From: an uncultured Eubacteriales bacterium
GTDB taxonomy: Bacteria; Bacillota; Clostridia; Lachnospirales; CAZJLW01
Assembly (NCBI GenBank): GCA_964546895.1
Contig: CAZJLW010000005.1
Location: forward strand, 4,252-35,926
Direction of reading: 5' to 3'
DNA: 31,675 bases
Shown: positions 11,201 through 18,293 of the stretch, piece after piece
Layout of the letters: each line of letters begins with the position of its first letter
How positions within the stretch are numbered: position 1 is the stretch's first letter
Translations under genes and position numbers: made by a program
The notes under the pieces: model-generated
Told to the model about the DNA's origin: nothing
Database searches by the model: none
The model's input: the letters and a program-made list of their open reading frames with translations, nothing else

Positions 11201-11392
11201 AGGCTTGGTTACTAGCTTTTCGATTTCTTCCGGACCCGCGCCTTTGTACGTCGTGCTTACGACGGCGACGGGTATGTTCATGTTCGGCATCATATCCAAA
11301 TTCAGATTCGCCAAGGATAAAAAGCCGAACGCCAATATTATTAATATAAGCATAACGGTCGTGACCGGCCTGTTAACTGATATTTTACTCAT
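8291..11392 (-). CDS. RND efflux transporter permease subunit (AcrB/SwrC-like)
   Basis: 1033 aa; SVNRPVTT, YKGAGPEEIE, GMLVDNSIVVLE, GVVINNAIVLVD, RLRPILMSTLTT; two large extramembrane loops. Confidence 0.95.
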   Translation of the reverse strand: MSKISVNRPVTTVMLILIILAFGFLSLANLNLDMMPNMNIPVAVVSTTYKGAGPEEIEKLVTKPIEGILGTVSSMKSIQSVSSNEQSLVVVQFEDGTNIDIVTLDMREKLDMIKRVLPANAENPVVVKINMNEMASINIGVSSDKYDLVELKRITEDRITNRLAKQDGVASVNVTGGLEKEISIVFNEERLRGYGLSETTISQLLMAENRNTPVGTIKQGERSLNLRTTGEFQSIEEIRNMPIISSTGTVIYLRDVATVTEDFKETNSLSYINGKPSISLTVQKQSTANTIKVSDKVLKELTKLQKDLPDITLKMLIDPAEFVRFTLSTVVNSAVQGGLLAVIILFIFLRNFRATLIVAAAMPISIIATFVLMYYTNVTINVMSLGGLTLGIGMLVDNSIVVLESVYRKIEEGANSMTAAIEGASEVGMAVTASTLTTVAVFLPITFGGGLTSEIFSQLAMTIAFSLLSSLLVSLTFVPMACSLLFKFGSIEHKHKNIITAALDFIGFLIDKLIAGYKALLTAALKHKLITAGLTIVILVLTMSCISKIGQEFMPATDESGVVISISLPRGSLLEETERVTNIAIDKIKDYKEIVDVYWTVGGGGGFFGSKSTDQARINVQLVDKTERDRSSMQIAADMSTVLKSVAGAKITVSQMQSSMGNYAGGDDVTVVLKGDDLAMLYEMATDFKNLIAQVPGTRDAKTSVEDASPVATIRINRDKAGAYGITGYAVSSVISTAVSGTVATTYKINGDEFDVRIRQDKAHFDYIGDIKNILIPSPMGGNIPLYEMADVEIKDMPISISREDNLNVVTVTCKLDNRDLQSVSNDIRAVLSKYQLRSNFSWSLGGSTEQMEEIFGSLALALLASIGIVYMIMAAQFESLVYPFIVMFSIPIAMTGGMFGLFVMNTNLSITAYLGLIMLAGVVINNAIVLVDYMNFLIREKHMPVFEAVRTAGAVRLRPILMSTLTTVIALVPMMSAVTQGSELMKGLAIVVVFGLSLATLVTLVLIPVIYLFVNNVKNFIFKKRERGVIRG

Positions 11393-11415
11393 TGTGTCCC
11401 CTGCGCTTTCCGAAT

Positions 11416-12813
11416 TTAATTTGTAACATTGATTTTATCCCCGTCTGACAGGTAGCTCTGACCTTTTACTATAATGTTGTCCTCCCCGTTTATACCGGAT
11501 AAAACCTCGATTTCTTTACCGTTATCAATCCCTGTCTGCACAACCGCCTTCCGCGCGACTCCGTTATCGGCGACAAAAACGTACCGCTCGTTGGCGCTCT
11601 CCAATACCACATTACGCGGCAACACATACGTGCCTTCTTTTTCTTCCTTAACAAAATGAATATTTGCAAACATGCCGGGCTTGATTTTGTGGTCTGCATT
11701 TTTTATTTCGACCTTGACCGGAAACATGCCGGACTGGTCGGCCGACGGGCTGACCGTTGTTATTTCGCCCATAATCGGTTCCTCGCTTATTGAGCGTATA
11801 TAAACGGGAACTTGCTTGCCCGTCGATAACGAGTTAATAATCAGCTCCGATACCTTAACGTCCACGTTAACCGTGTCGATGTCGACGACAATATACGCCG
11901 GGCTTTGGCTCGATACGAACTCGCCCGCCTTTGCGTTCTTCACGCTTATTACGCCGCTTATCGGCGATGTAACAGCCGTATCTTTCAGCGTGCTTTGCGC
12001 TATATCAAGCTGCACGCTAATCGTGTTTTTGGATGCTTCTGCGGTGTTAACGCCGAGCGATGCCTTTTGGCGGTTCTCATCAGTTATCTGTCCCTTTGTT
12101 AACTCGTAGCTGCGTTTTGTGTTTTCCAGCGCGGTTTCAAGCTGTTCTATCGCTATCGCGGCTTGATCCCTGCTGTTCTTCGCAGTATCTACACCCGCGA
12201 GCGCTTGGGTATATGCGGTGTTGGCTTTATCGAACTCGTTACGCGCAATAGCTCCCGCGGCGTACAAAGTTTTCATGCTGTCATATGTTTTTTGTACCGT
12301 GTCTAAATTGTTCTGTGCGTTTGTCAGCCCGATTTCTGCATTCGCGGACGTTACGCGAGCGTTTTCGATTTGCTTGGTGTAGTTGGCGATCGAGCTTTCG
12401 AGCTGCACAAGCTGCGATTCGTACTGCCCGCCTGTTACTGTCTCCAAGCTGTTTTTCGCCGACTGGATCGACGTCTCCGCCTGCCCGAGCGACGCTTCGA
12501 GTTGTTTTATTTGATTTCTTACATCATTTTCATCAAGTTTGAACAGCACGGCTCCGGTCGATACGTTTTGACCGACGTCGAAAAACGTTTCGCTGACCTT
12601 ACCGGCCATTTTGCTGATTACTGATATAGAGTTCTTCGCGTTAACCTTGCCTGCGTATATCATTTCGTTTTTTATACCGCTTAGTTTTATATTCGAAGTC
12701 TCAACGGCTATCGCTTCCTCCACAGTGACGGTCTCAACCTCAGTTTTCTGCGCACAGCCGCTTAGTATCAGCGTAAATAAAAAAACAGCACAGCATTGTT
12801 TTAATTTGTTCAT
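11416..12813 (-). CDS. RND periplasmic adaptor (membrane fusion protein), lipoprotein
   Basis: Start moved to ATG at 12813 (GGAGG RBS); LSGC lipobox; lipoyl halves (SKMAGKV...VGQNV; VTSPISGVI); long coiled coil; IKPGMFA motif. Confidence 0.9.
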   Translation of the reverse strand: MNKLKQCCAVFLFTLILSGCAQKTEVETVTVEEAIAVETSNIKLSGIKNEMIYAGKVNAKNSISVISKMAGKVSETFFDVGQNVSTGAVLFKLDENDVRNQIKQLEASLGQAETSIQSAKNSLETVTGGQYESQLVQLESSIANYTKQIENARVTSANAEIGLTNAQNNLDTVQKTYDSMKTLYAAGAIARNEFDKANTAYTQALAGVDTAKNSRDQAAIAIEQLETALENTKRSYELTKGQITDENRQKASLGVNTAEASKNTISVQLDIAQSTLKDTAVTSPISGVISVKNAKAGEFVSSQSPAYIVVDIDTVNVDVKVSELIINSLSTGKQVPVYIRSISEEPIMGEITTVSPSADQSGMFPVKVEIKNADHKIKPGMFANIHFVKEEKEGTYVLPRNVVLESANERYVFVADNGVARKAVVQTGIDNGKEIEVLSGINGEDNIIVKGQSYLSDGDKINVTN

Positions 12814-12841
12814 TAACTTTCCTCCTTTTTGACATTGCAAT

Positions 12842-12850
12842 AGTATATCA
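12842..12850 (-). promoter_or_regulatory. Putative extended -10 promoter (TGaTATACT) for the long minus-strand operon
   Basis: Minus strand reads TGATATACT about 30 nt upstream of the adaptor ATG; no convincing -35. Confidence 0.45.
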
Positions 12851-12946
12851 CAAATAAACCGTTCAAAAAAAATTTTTTTAAAAATTATAAATATTTTTTC
12901 AAAACTTGTAAAAAATAGAAAAAAATTAATGGAGGTTTTAGCACTT

Positions 12947-14152
12947 ATGAAAAAATCAGTTATGTTTTTTGGATTAGCAATACTCACCACTGTTTTATAC
13001 GTATCGTCGCCGAAGGCTGCCGCGCCGATGGCTTCTGCATCACCCCAAGGAACACCAGCTACAACCACAGAAGCTCCAACAACAGCAGCCCCGTCATCCG
13101 CACCTGTTACGACGGGCGTATTGTCTATTTACAACTACGACGAGAACCAGTCGAACAAAGCAATCGGCATACAAGGCTCCGAGTTCAAAATCGTCAACAG
13201 AGACGGCGAGACCGTTTCCACGATTACTACCGACTTCCGCGGCAACGCATTTATTAAGGACTTACCGTTCGGTAACTATGTCGTGTACGAAACAAAGTCC
13301 GGCGAAAATTATTCGCTCGTTGACGTGAGGGTACGTTTCACACTCGACGACAAGAACAGCTTCTTCGTATATGAACTCGGCACGCCGAAATCCGGCGAGC
13401 TTACAAGCTCAATCGCTACGAATTTCTCGAACTTGCCCGGCACAAATCCGCTGACTCCGCAGGAAATCGACGCGACTAACGCAAATAAAGCCGAAGTACG
13501 TACGAACATGGGCAGCATCGAAAGCATCGCCGCAAACGCCGCCAACAACGCCGATTCCGGCTCGGCTCAGGCGTCAGCCGTACCCGGCTTTGACCATTTA
13601 GCGGTATATCGCTCGATACTAAGCCCCGAGGACAGCTGGTATAACGGTAACAATTTCAGCGCTATGTCGTCCGATAATAATAACGATGTAACGCAAAACC
13701 CGCTTGCAGGCGGTACGAACTCTATGTCCACGATGCTACTCGCAGCGGCTATGTCGAGCCCGTCACCGTCGGCATCGGCGGCAGCTTCGGCAAGTCCGTC
13801 GGCTACGGCAGCAGCTTCGGTAAGCCCATCGCCCAGTCCGTCGGCAACTGCTATGGTAAGCCCCTCGCCTATTCCGTCATCTTCACCGGCTGCTAGCCCG
13901 TCTGGCACAGCGCAGACTGAGCCGTCGCCGAACACAGGCGTGCTGCTTGTAGATTCACCCGGAGCTACCCCTTCGGCGACACCCGAGCTTATTGACAGCT
14001 ACGCTAATACCACAAACACGAGCCAACCCAAGCAGAATCCGAAAACAGGCTCGTACTCGTCCTACAGCGTCTCCGACTTCGCCGGGCTTGCTACAATTTT
14101 TACAATCCTTGCATTAATAAGCACAGTTTGTGTCGCACGGCTGAAAAAATAA
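12947..14152 (+). CDS. Secreted, sortase-anchored surface protein: signal peptide, SpaA/CnaB-like domain, Ser/Pro/Ala linker, NPKTG sorting signal
   Basis: ATG at 12947 after GGAGG; MKK plus hydrophobic signal; G(S)EFKI...TTDFRGNAFIKDLPFGNYVVYETKS pattern; NPKTG at 14036-14050, then a hydrophobic helix and RLKK tail. Confidence 0.8.
   Translation: MKKSVMFFGLAILTTVLYVSSPKAAAPMASASPQGTPATTTEAPTTAAPSSAPVTTGVLSIYNYDENQSNKAIGIQGSEFKIVNRDGETVSTITTDFRGNAFIKDLPFGNYVVYETKSGENYSLVDVRVRFTLDDKNSFFVYELGTPKSGELTSSIATNFSNLPGTNPLTPQEIDATNANKAEVRTNMGSIESIAANAANNADSGSAQASAVPGFDHLAVYRSILSPEDSWYNGNNFSAMSSDNNNDVTQNPLAGGTNSMSTMLLAAAMSSPSPSASAAASASPSATAAASVSPSPSPSATAMVSPSPIPSSSPAASPSGTAQTEPSPNTGVLLVDSPGATPSATPELIDSYANTTNTSQPKQNPKTGSYSSYSVSDFAGLATIFTILALISTVCVARLKK
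13754..13930 (+). repeat. Imperfect in-frame repeats encoding an S/P/A/T-rich linker
   Basis: Recurrent GCAGCTTCGG(C/T)AAG and CCGTCGGC units; protein SPSPSASAAASASPSATAAASVSPSPSPSAT... Confidence 0.75.
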
Positions 14153-14245
14153 CACGAATTTAGGGTTCCTTTCTATGTGCATATAAATATTTTCTTTTGG
14201 TTTATTCTAACCAAGGCATATTAACTTTAAAATAACAGTTAATAA

Positions 14246-14288
14246 GGGTATATACTCTCTGTTATATTGTAAGTGAGAGTATATATCC
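14246..14288. promoter_or_regulatory. 14-bp inverted repeat flanking a TGTTATATT extended -10-like box; probable operator
   Basis: GGGTATATACTCTC (14246-14259) and GAGAGTATATATCC (14275-14288), one mismatch, 15-nt spacer, 39 nt before the XRE ATG. Confidence 0.55.
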
Positions 14289-14327
14289 TGTTTCGATATT
14301 TCGAGTAACGTTAGGAGCTGAAGCCAG

Positions 14328-14657
14328 ATGGAGTTTCAACAATACGTTTTAGGGAAAACGATAAAAACCGCACGGTTAGAAAAATCACTGACACAGGAGA
14401 AACTTGCTGAAATGGTAGACATTACGCCCGTCCACTTAAACCAGCTAGAAAGCGAACGCCGGAAGCCGTCCATTGAGGTTCTATATAAATTGGTACGTAC
14501 GCTAAACTTTTCTGTAGATGCGCTGTTTTTTCCTGAAAACGGAATTGGGCAGGACATGAAGAAAAAAATTGAACGCAATCTTACCAACTGTACGAAACAT
14601 GAGCTAAAGGTTATACATAAAATGATTGAGGCTATGTTAGATAAGCAAGATGAGTAA
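14328..14657 (+). CDS. XRE-family (HTH_3) transcriptional regulator
   Basis: LGKTIKTARLEKSLTQEKLAEMVDITPVHLNQLESERRKPSIEVLYKL; AGGAG RBS. Confidence 0.92.
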   Translation: MEFQQYVLGKTIKTARLEKSLTQEKLAEMVDITPVHLNQLESERRKPSIEVLYKLVRTLNFSVDALFFPENGIGQDMKKKIERNLTNCTKHELKVIHKMIEAMLDKQDE

Positions 14658-14661
14658 ATAG

Positions 14662-14707
14662 AAAAAAGAGGTGCTAACTCTGAACGAGTTTGCACCTCTT
14701 TATTTTT
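14662..14707. terminator. Bidirectional intrinsic terminator between the convergent XRE and ytxC-like genes
   Basis: AAAAGAGGTGC/GCACCTCTTTT arms with inner AACTC/GAGTT; A-tract on the left and T-tract on the right. Confidence 0.85.
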
Positions 14708-14722
14708 TAAGTTACGTAATTT

Positions 14723-15094
14723 CTACCTCTGATTCAGTTCCTTAACAATCGTATACAGCGCAATATTAACCGCATAACTGTACTCCACCATTCGGAATTT
14801 TATATACCCCTCCAAGTTAATCGTGTCGTTTTTATTAATAAACTCTGTGATTTCATTTTCCGTCTGCGCGCCCGATATTTTTGAAACTACTCTCTGTACG
14901 GCGCTAAAGAGTTTGGCATTATTTTTGACGATGATGTTTTCCTTTATAACGATATTCTTCATAAGCTCAATCAGTTTCTGCGTGTTCTCGTTATCCAGAT
15001 AAAGCTTAACGAAACCATTTCCATGTATTTCGTGATGTACCGTTTCGGACAATTCCTTTAAATAGCAGTCCGTATACACCGTCAGTTCCTTCAC
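14723..15094 (-). CDS. Short YtxC-like protein (N-terminal part of the family only)
   Basis: EFINKNDTINLEGYIKFRMVEY resembles the YtxC I(N)LEGF.RFRL.DY motif. Start uncertain: GTG at 15094 preferred, 15130 possible. Confidence 0.55.
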   Translation of the reverse strand: MKELTVYTDCYLKELSETVHHEIHGNGFVKLYLDNENTQKLIELMKNIVIKENIIVKNNAKLFSAVQRVVSKISGAQTENEITEFINKNDTINLEGYIKFRMVEYSYAVNIALYTIVKELNQR

Positions 15095-15131
15095 CGCACC
15101 ACGCCCAATCATATAAATACTTATATTCACC

Positions 15132-15208
15132 CGTCAAAAGGCCCCCTTAAGGGGGCTGCTCCGACAAAATCGATCGGAGCAATGCCGGTACCCGGCATCT
15201 TTTTGACG
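15132..15208. other. Intergenic four-way-junction (cloverleaf) element of unknown class
   Basis: Closing stem CGTCAAAA/TTTTGACG encloses three hairpins: GCCCCC-TTAA-GGGGGC, GCTCCGA/TCGGAGC and ATGCCGG/CCGGCAT. Confidence 0.65.
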
Positions 15209-15218
15209 TCTCACTTCC

Positions 15219-15251
15219 GTGTGAAAAAGCTCGCGAGCGGCTTTTTCACAC
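15219..15251. repeat. Perfect 12-bp inverted repeat (REP-like hairpin)
   Basis: GTGTGAAAAAGC (15219-15230) and GCTTTTTCACAC (15240-15251), 9-nt loop TCGCGAGCG. Confidence 0.7.
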
Positions 15252-15295
15252 TATTTATGTATATGAAGATACAAGTTTTCGCTTATCATGTCTTC

Positions 15296-15347
15296 AAAAA
15301 AAATTTAGCCACAGATTTTGCACAAAGCAAAACCAGTGGCTATTTTT
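15296..15347 (-). terminator. Intrinsic terminator of the Gld-like ABC operon
   Basis: TAGCCAC/GTGGCTA outer stem with inner TTTTGC/GCAAAA; T-run follows on the minus strand, just after the stop at 15355. Confidence 0.75.
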
Positions 15348-15354
15348 GTTTTCA

Positions 15355-16848
15355 TTAATCTTCTTGATCAAGCTTTCCGGCCAGCAAATCGTCCATAAAC
15401 TGATACATAATATTAATAGAACGCTTGCTAACTACGAACTGAATCGGGTTATCATCACGCTGTACAGCGTAGAAATCCGCATTGTACGGATAATACCGTT
15501 CGTAAATCGGCGGTTTATTATCCGTAAGAGTGTAAACGATCGTAACCTCCGGCGGCGTCGACGGTTTTTCGAAGCCCTTTATTTCCGTCTCATAGCAAAG
15601 CCCGATAACGGTCTGGTAGAACTTCTGGAACGCGCCCTGCTGTACGTCCTTGCCATTAACCTGCGCATGTATAAGCGTGTCCCCGACCTGCTGGTCGCCT
15701 TCCGGCGGAAGCTTCTCCGTCGTTATTGTTATGTTTGACTTGAGCTTATCGGAGTCAATCGTAATACCGGTACATGTCTCAATATTGATAAGCGCAACAA
15801 ATCTATCAACATAAAAGAACGGATTGATATTTCTAAACATAGCCATCGGAGCGACAGATGTTTTAAACACGTACGGCTTATCGGGTAGTTTAGCGTAAAC
15901 CGTAGAAGCATCCACCTGTTTACCGACTTCTATTCCGAAGCTGTTCTCGTTGTCTTCGAAAATAACCTTAAGCTGCGGGTCATCAAGACCGTACTTGGCA
16001 TAATCGTCAGGCTTGGCATCGACAAGCATACCGAGCGTAACGCTGCCCAGCTTCTGAATAATATCAGTGTCAAGGCTGTTCGCGTAAAACTCACGTCCCG
16101 GATACGGCTTCTTCATTACGAGCGGGATACCGCCGTACTTCTGAATCTCTTCAACGCGCTGCTCGTCGGAGCCGTCGTAAGCGAATTCTATTTCGTTTAC
16201 GCCCTTCTCGTACATATAAATATATTGCAATCCATTTACATCAATAGTCGGAAGCGTTTTGTTTATCAGGCTGTCCAGCGTATTGTTAACACGCGAACCG
16301 GCCGACTGATAAATCATGTACAGTTCCTTTTGTCCGTCCACCATACAGTAATAATATTCCTTAGTGGGCGTAATTTTACCAATATTGATTTTCATCGATG
16401 TACCGTCGGTATACGTAAATGACGCCGTCGCTACGATCGGTTCGAGACCATAATCGGCCAAGTTCTCGGCTTCGTCCATAACTTTTTCGGCAGCGTATAA
16501 CTCGTACGAAAGCCGTACGATGTCGTCAGCAGAGCTTCTAATCAAATCAAAATCTTCCAAGCCCTCTATAAGGAATACGCGCTCGTCGTCTCCCGTGTAA
16601 TCGTTCTTAACCATTTTGGGGAGAAACGTAATCGTTTCGTTCGGGTTTTTTATTGTAACGGACGCCACATCATCGATTTTTTTATCAATGAGCTGTACGC
16701 TTTTGTCGGACTGCTTTCTCTGTTCATTTTTGGCTTCTTCTTCCACTACTGCTTTAGCCTTGTTCTGCTCGCTTACCGTATAGTAAGCGAAAGCCAGACC
16801 GCCCAACAGCAGAATGCAGACAATAAGGCCGATAACCTTCTTTTTCAT
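15355..16848 (-). CDS. DUF4340 domain membrane-anchored protein
   Basis: N-terminal TM; twice-repeated L..YGL..P signature (NLADYGLEPI; YAKYGLDDPQ) followed by IG..TP/VG..V..stvYa motifs; canonical position after GldG. Confidence 0.8.
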   Translation of the reverse strand: MKKKVIGLIVCILLLGGLAFAYYTVSEQNKAKAVVEEEAKNEQRKQSDKSVQLIDKKIDDVASVTIKNPNETITFLPKMVKNDYTGDDERVFLIEGLEDFDLIRSSADDIVRLSYELYAAEKVMDEAENLADYGLEPIVATASFTYTDGTSMKINIGKITPTKEYYYCMVDGQKELYMIYQSAGSRVNNTLDSLINKTLPTIDVNGLQYIYMYEKGVNEIEFAYDGSDEQRVEEIQKYGGIPLVMKKPYPGREFYANSLDTDIIQKLGSVTLGMLVDAKPDDYAKYGLDDPQLKVIFEDNENSFGIEVGKQVDASTVYAKLPDKPYVFKTSVAPMAMFRNINPFFYVDRFVALINIETCTGITIDSDKLKSNITITTEKLPPEGDQQVGDTLIHAQVNGKDVQQGAFQKFYQTVIGLCYETEIKGFEKPSTPPEVTIVYTLTDNKPPIYERYYPYNADFYAVQRDDNPIQFVVSKRSINIMYQFMDDLLAGKLDQED

Positions 16849-18281
16849 CAGCTGTTACGCCTCCTAAGCCATATAAACAGACCAATACCGAGTATTATAA
16901 CCGGCAGCACGATAACGCTTAAGAACATAATAACAATCATCGTACCCTGATCAATAAACAGGTTGGAGCCTGTAGATGTTTTCGGTCTGATATAGACGGA
17001 ATTCGCTTTGTCCTGAAGCCAGTTGACTGACTCAACAATAAAGTCGAAGTTGCTACCTCTGATATACGAGTTGACAGAATCATCAAGGATACTCGTAGTA
17101 CCGACAGCAATAATCTTCGCAGTGTAAGTCCTGTCTGTATACACATTGCTTGTTATAGCAACAGCCAGATTAAACGGACCGTCTGTGTCGCCGGGTTCGC
17201 GGTTTACGGAGCGGCTTGCCGGATTAGTTTTACCGTAGCTATCCGATGAAGAAACGAGAATCGGCTCGATAGTCGTAGTCTTTTCCTTTATAGGCAGCTC
17301 TTCAATAGAACGTGAAAGCGGCAGTAACATTCTGTAGCCGTTGTTTTCTATTTTTTTCGTTGTATCGTGACCTTTGAAGTCAGGAATCAAATACTGCGGC
17401 GTATTCTGGAAATAATTCTTCGTATTGCCTTCGACAACTATTACCTGACCGAACTGCACACCAAATGCTTGCAATACGCTCTCTATATTGTTCATAGGCT
17501 CAGTCGTGTAATCCATGAAAACTATTGCGCGGCCTTCGGCCATTAAATATTTCTTTACGATATCAGCTTCTTCAAGCGTCCAGTCTCTTTTCGGAGATGT
17601 AATGATTAACGCCTTACAATCGGCAGGTACTTCTCTCTCGGCGATAACATCCAAGTCTTCTATGTTATAATTCGCGAGCTTGAGCTGGGTAATAAGCTTC
17701 TCGGGAAGCGGGTCTTCGTTATGACCTTTGATGACATAAACGTTAGCCGTCGACTCGTCCGTAACGTATTTTATAGCGTTCGTAACCTGCGGCTCTACGT
17801 CAATGCTTTTGATGTAAGACTGGTACGTATTGTAGTCAAAATCATAAGACAACATATCGCCCGCGTTAATAACCTTATAACGCTTAGCGCTTTCGACGAT
17901 AACGCTGTCGGCTAATATTTCTTCGTCGCCCTTGGCGTATTTGTCGACGAACGTCGGATACAGGTACGGGTCTTTAATAATAACCTTAATGCGTGAGGAC
18001 TTGGCCTGATACTCGTTAAGCAAATCCTTGAACATCTGATTTTCCTGTCCTGTTTTGAACAGCGGATAAATCGTAACGTCCTCGTTAATCTCATTAATAA
18101 TCTTAATAGTGTCCTCGGACAGCGAATACAGCTTGTCCTTCGTCAAGTCATATGTCAGGTTAAGCTGTGAAAAAACGAGGTTAACAAACACCAGTATCGC
18201 CAACACAAAAACGACGGCCAGTGTCGAAAACGTTCCGTATTTAAATTTTTTATTAGAAAAGGATTTTAAAATCGTATCCAC
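16848..18281 (-). CDS. GldG-family ABC auxiliary component
   Basis: N- and C-terminal TM; YDLTKDKLYSLSEDT, DPYLYP, GHNE, LIITSPKRD, GPFNLAVA motifs; TGATG overlap with the DUF4340 gene. Confidence 0.88.
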   Translation of the reverse strand: MDTILKSFSNKKFKYGTFSTLAVVFVLAILVFVNLVFSQLNLTYDLTKDKLYSLSEDTIKIINEINEDVTIYPLFKTGQENQMFKDLLNEYQAKSSRIKVIIKDPYLYPTFVDKYAKGDEEILADSVIVESAKRYKVINAGDMLSYDFDYNTYQSYIKSIDVEPQVTNAIKYVTDESTANVYVIKGHNEDPLPEKLITQLKLANYNIEDLDVIAEREVPADCKALIITSPKRDWTLEEADIVKKYLMAEGRAIVFMDYTTEPMNNIESVLQAFGVQFGQVIVVEGNTKNYFQNTPQYLIPDFKGHDTTKKIENNGYRMLLPLSRSIEELPIKEKTTTIEPILVSSSDSYGKTNPASRSVNREPGDTDGPFNLAVAITSNVYTDRTYTAKIIAVGTTSILDDSVNSYIRGSNFDFIVESVNWLQDKANSVYIRPKTSTGSNLFIDQGTMIVIMFLSVIVLPVIILGIGLFIWLRRRNS

Positions 18282-18293
18282 TAAACTGCCTCC

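Noticed and set aside
12829-12834. Perfect TTGACA on the plus strand
   Set aside because: No -10 at 16-18 nt spacing; it lies in the adaptor's RBS region.
12814-13068. 85-aa N-terminal extension of the RND adaptor in the ORF track (also extended starts for metG at 2801 and the GldF-like gene at 19205)
   Set aside because: They overlap neighbouring genes or promoters; internal ATGs have clear RBSs and match family N-termini.
13754-13930. Repeats as a CRISPR array or VNTR element
   Set aside because: Imperfect, in frame, without spacers, and fully explained by a Ser/Pro/Ala linker.
15132-15208. Possible tRNA gene
   Set aside because: Cloverleaf of the right size, but no TTC/T-loop, no D-loop GG, no 7-nt anticodon loop and no CCA on either strand.
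15252-15295. Possible sporulation sigma-E promoter for the ytxC-like gene (CATATACATAAAT on the minus strand)
   Set aside because: The match to consensus is too loose in AT-rich DNA to call.
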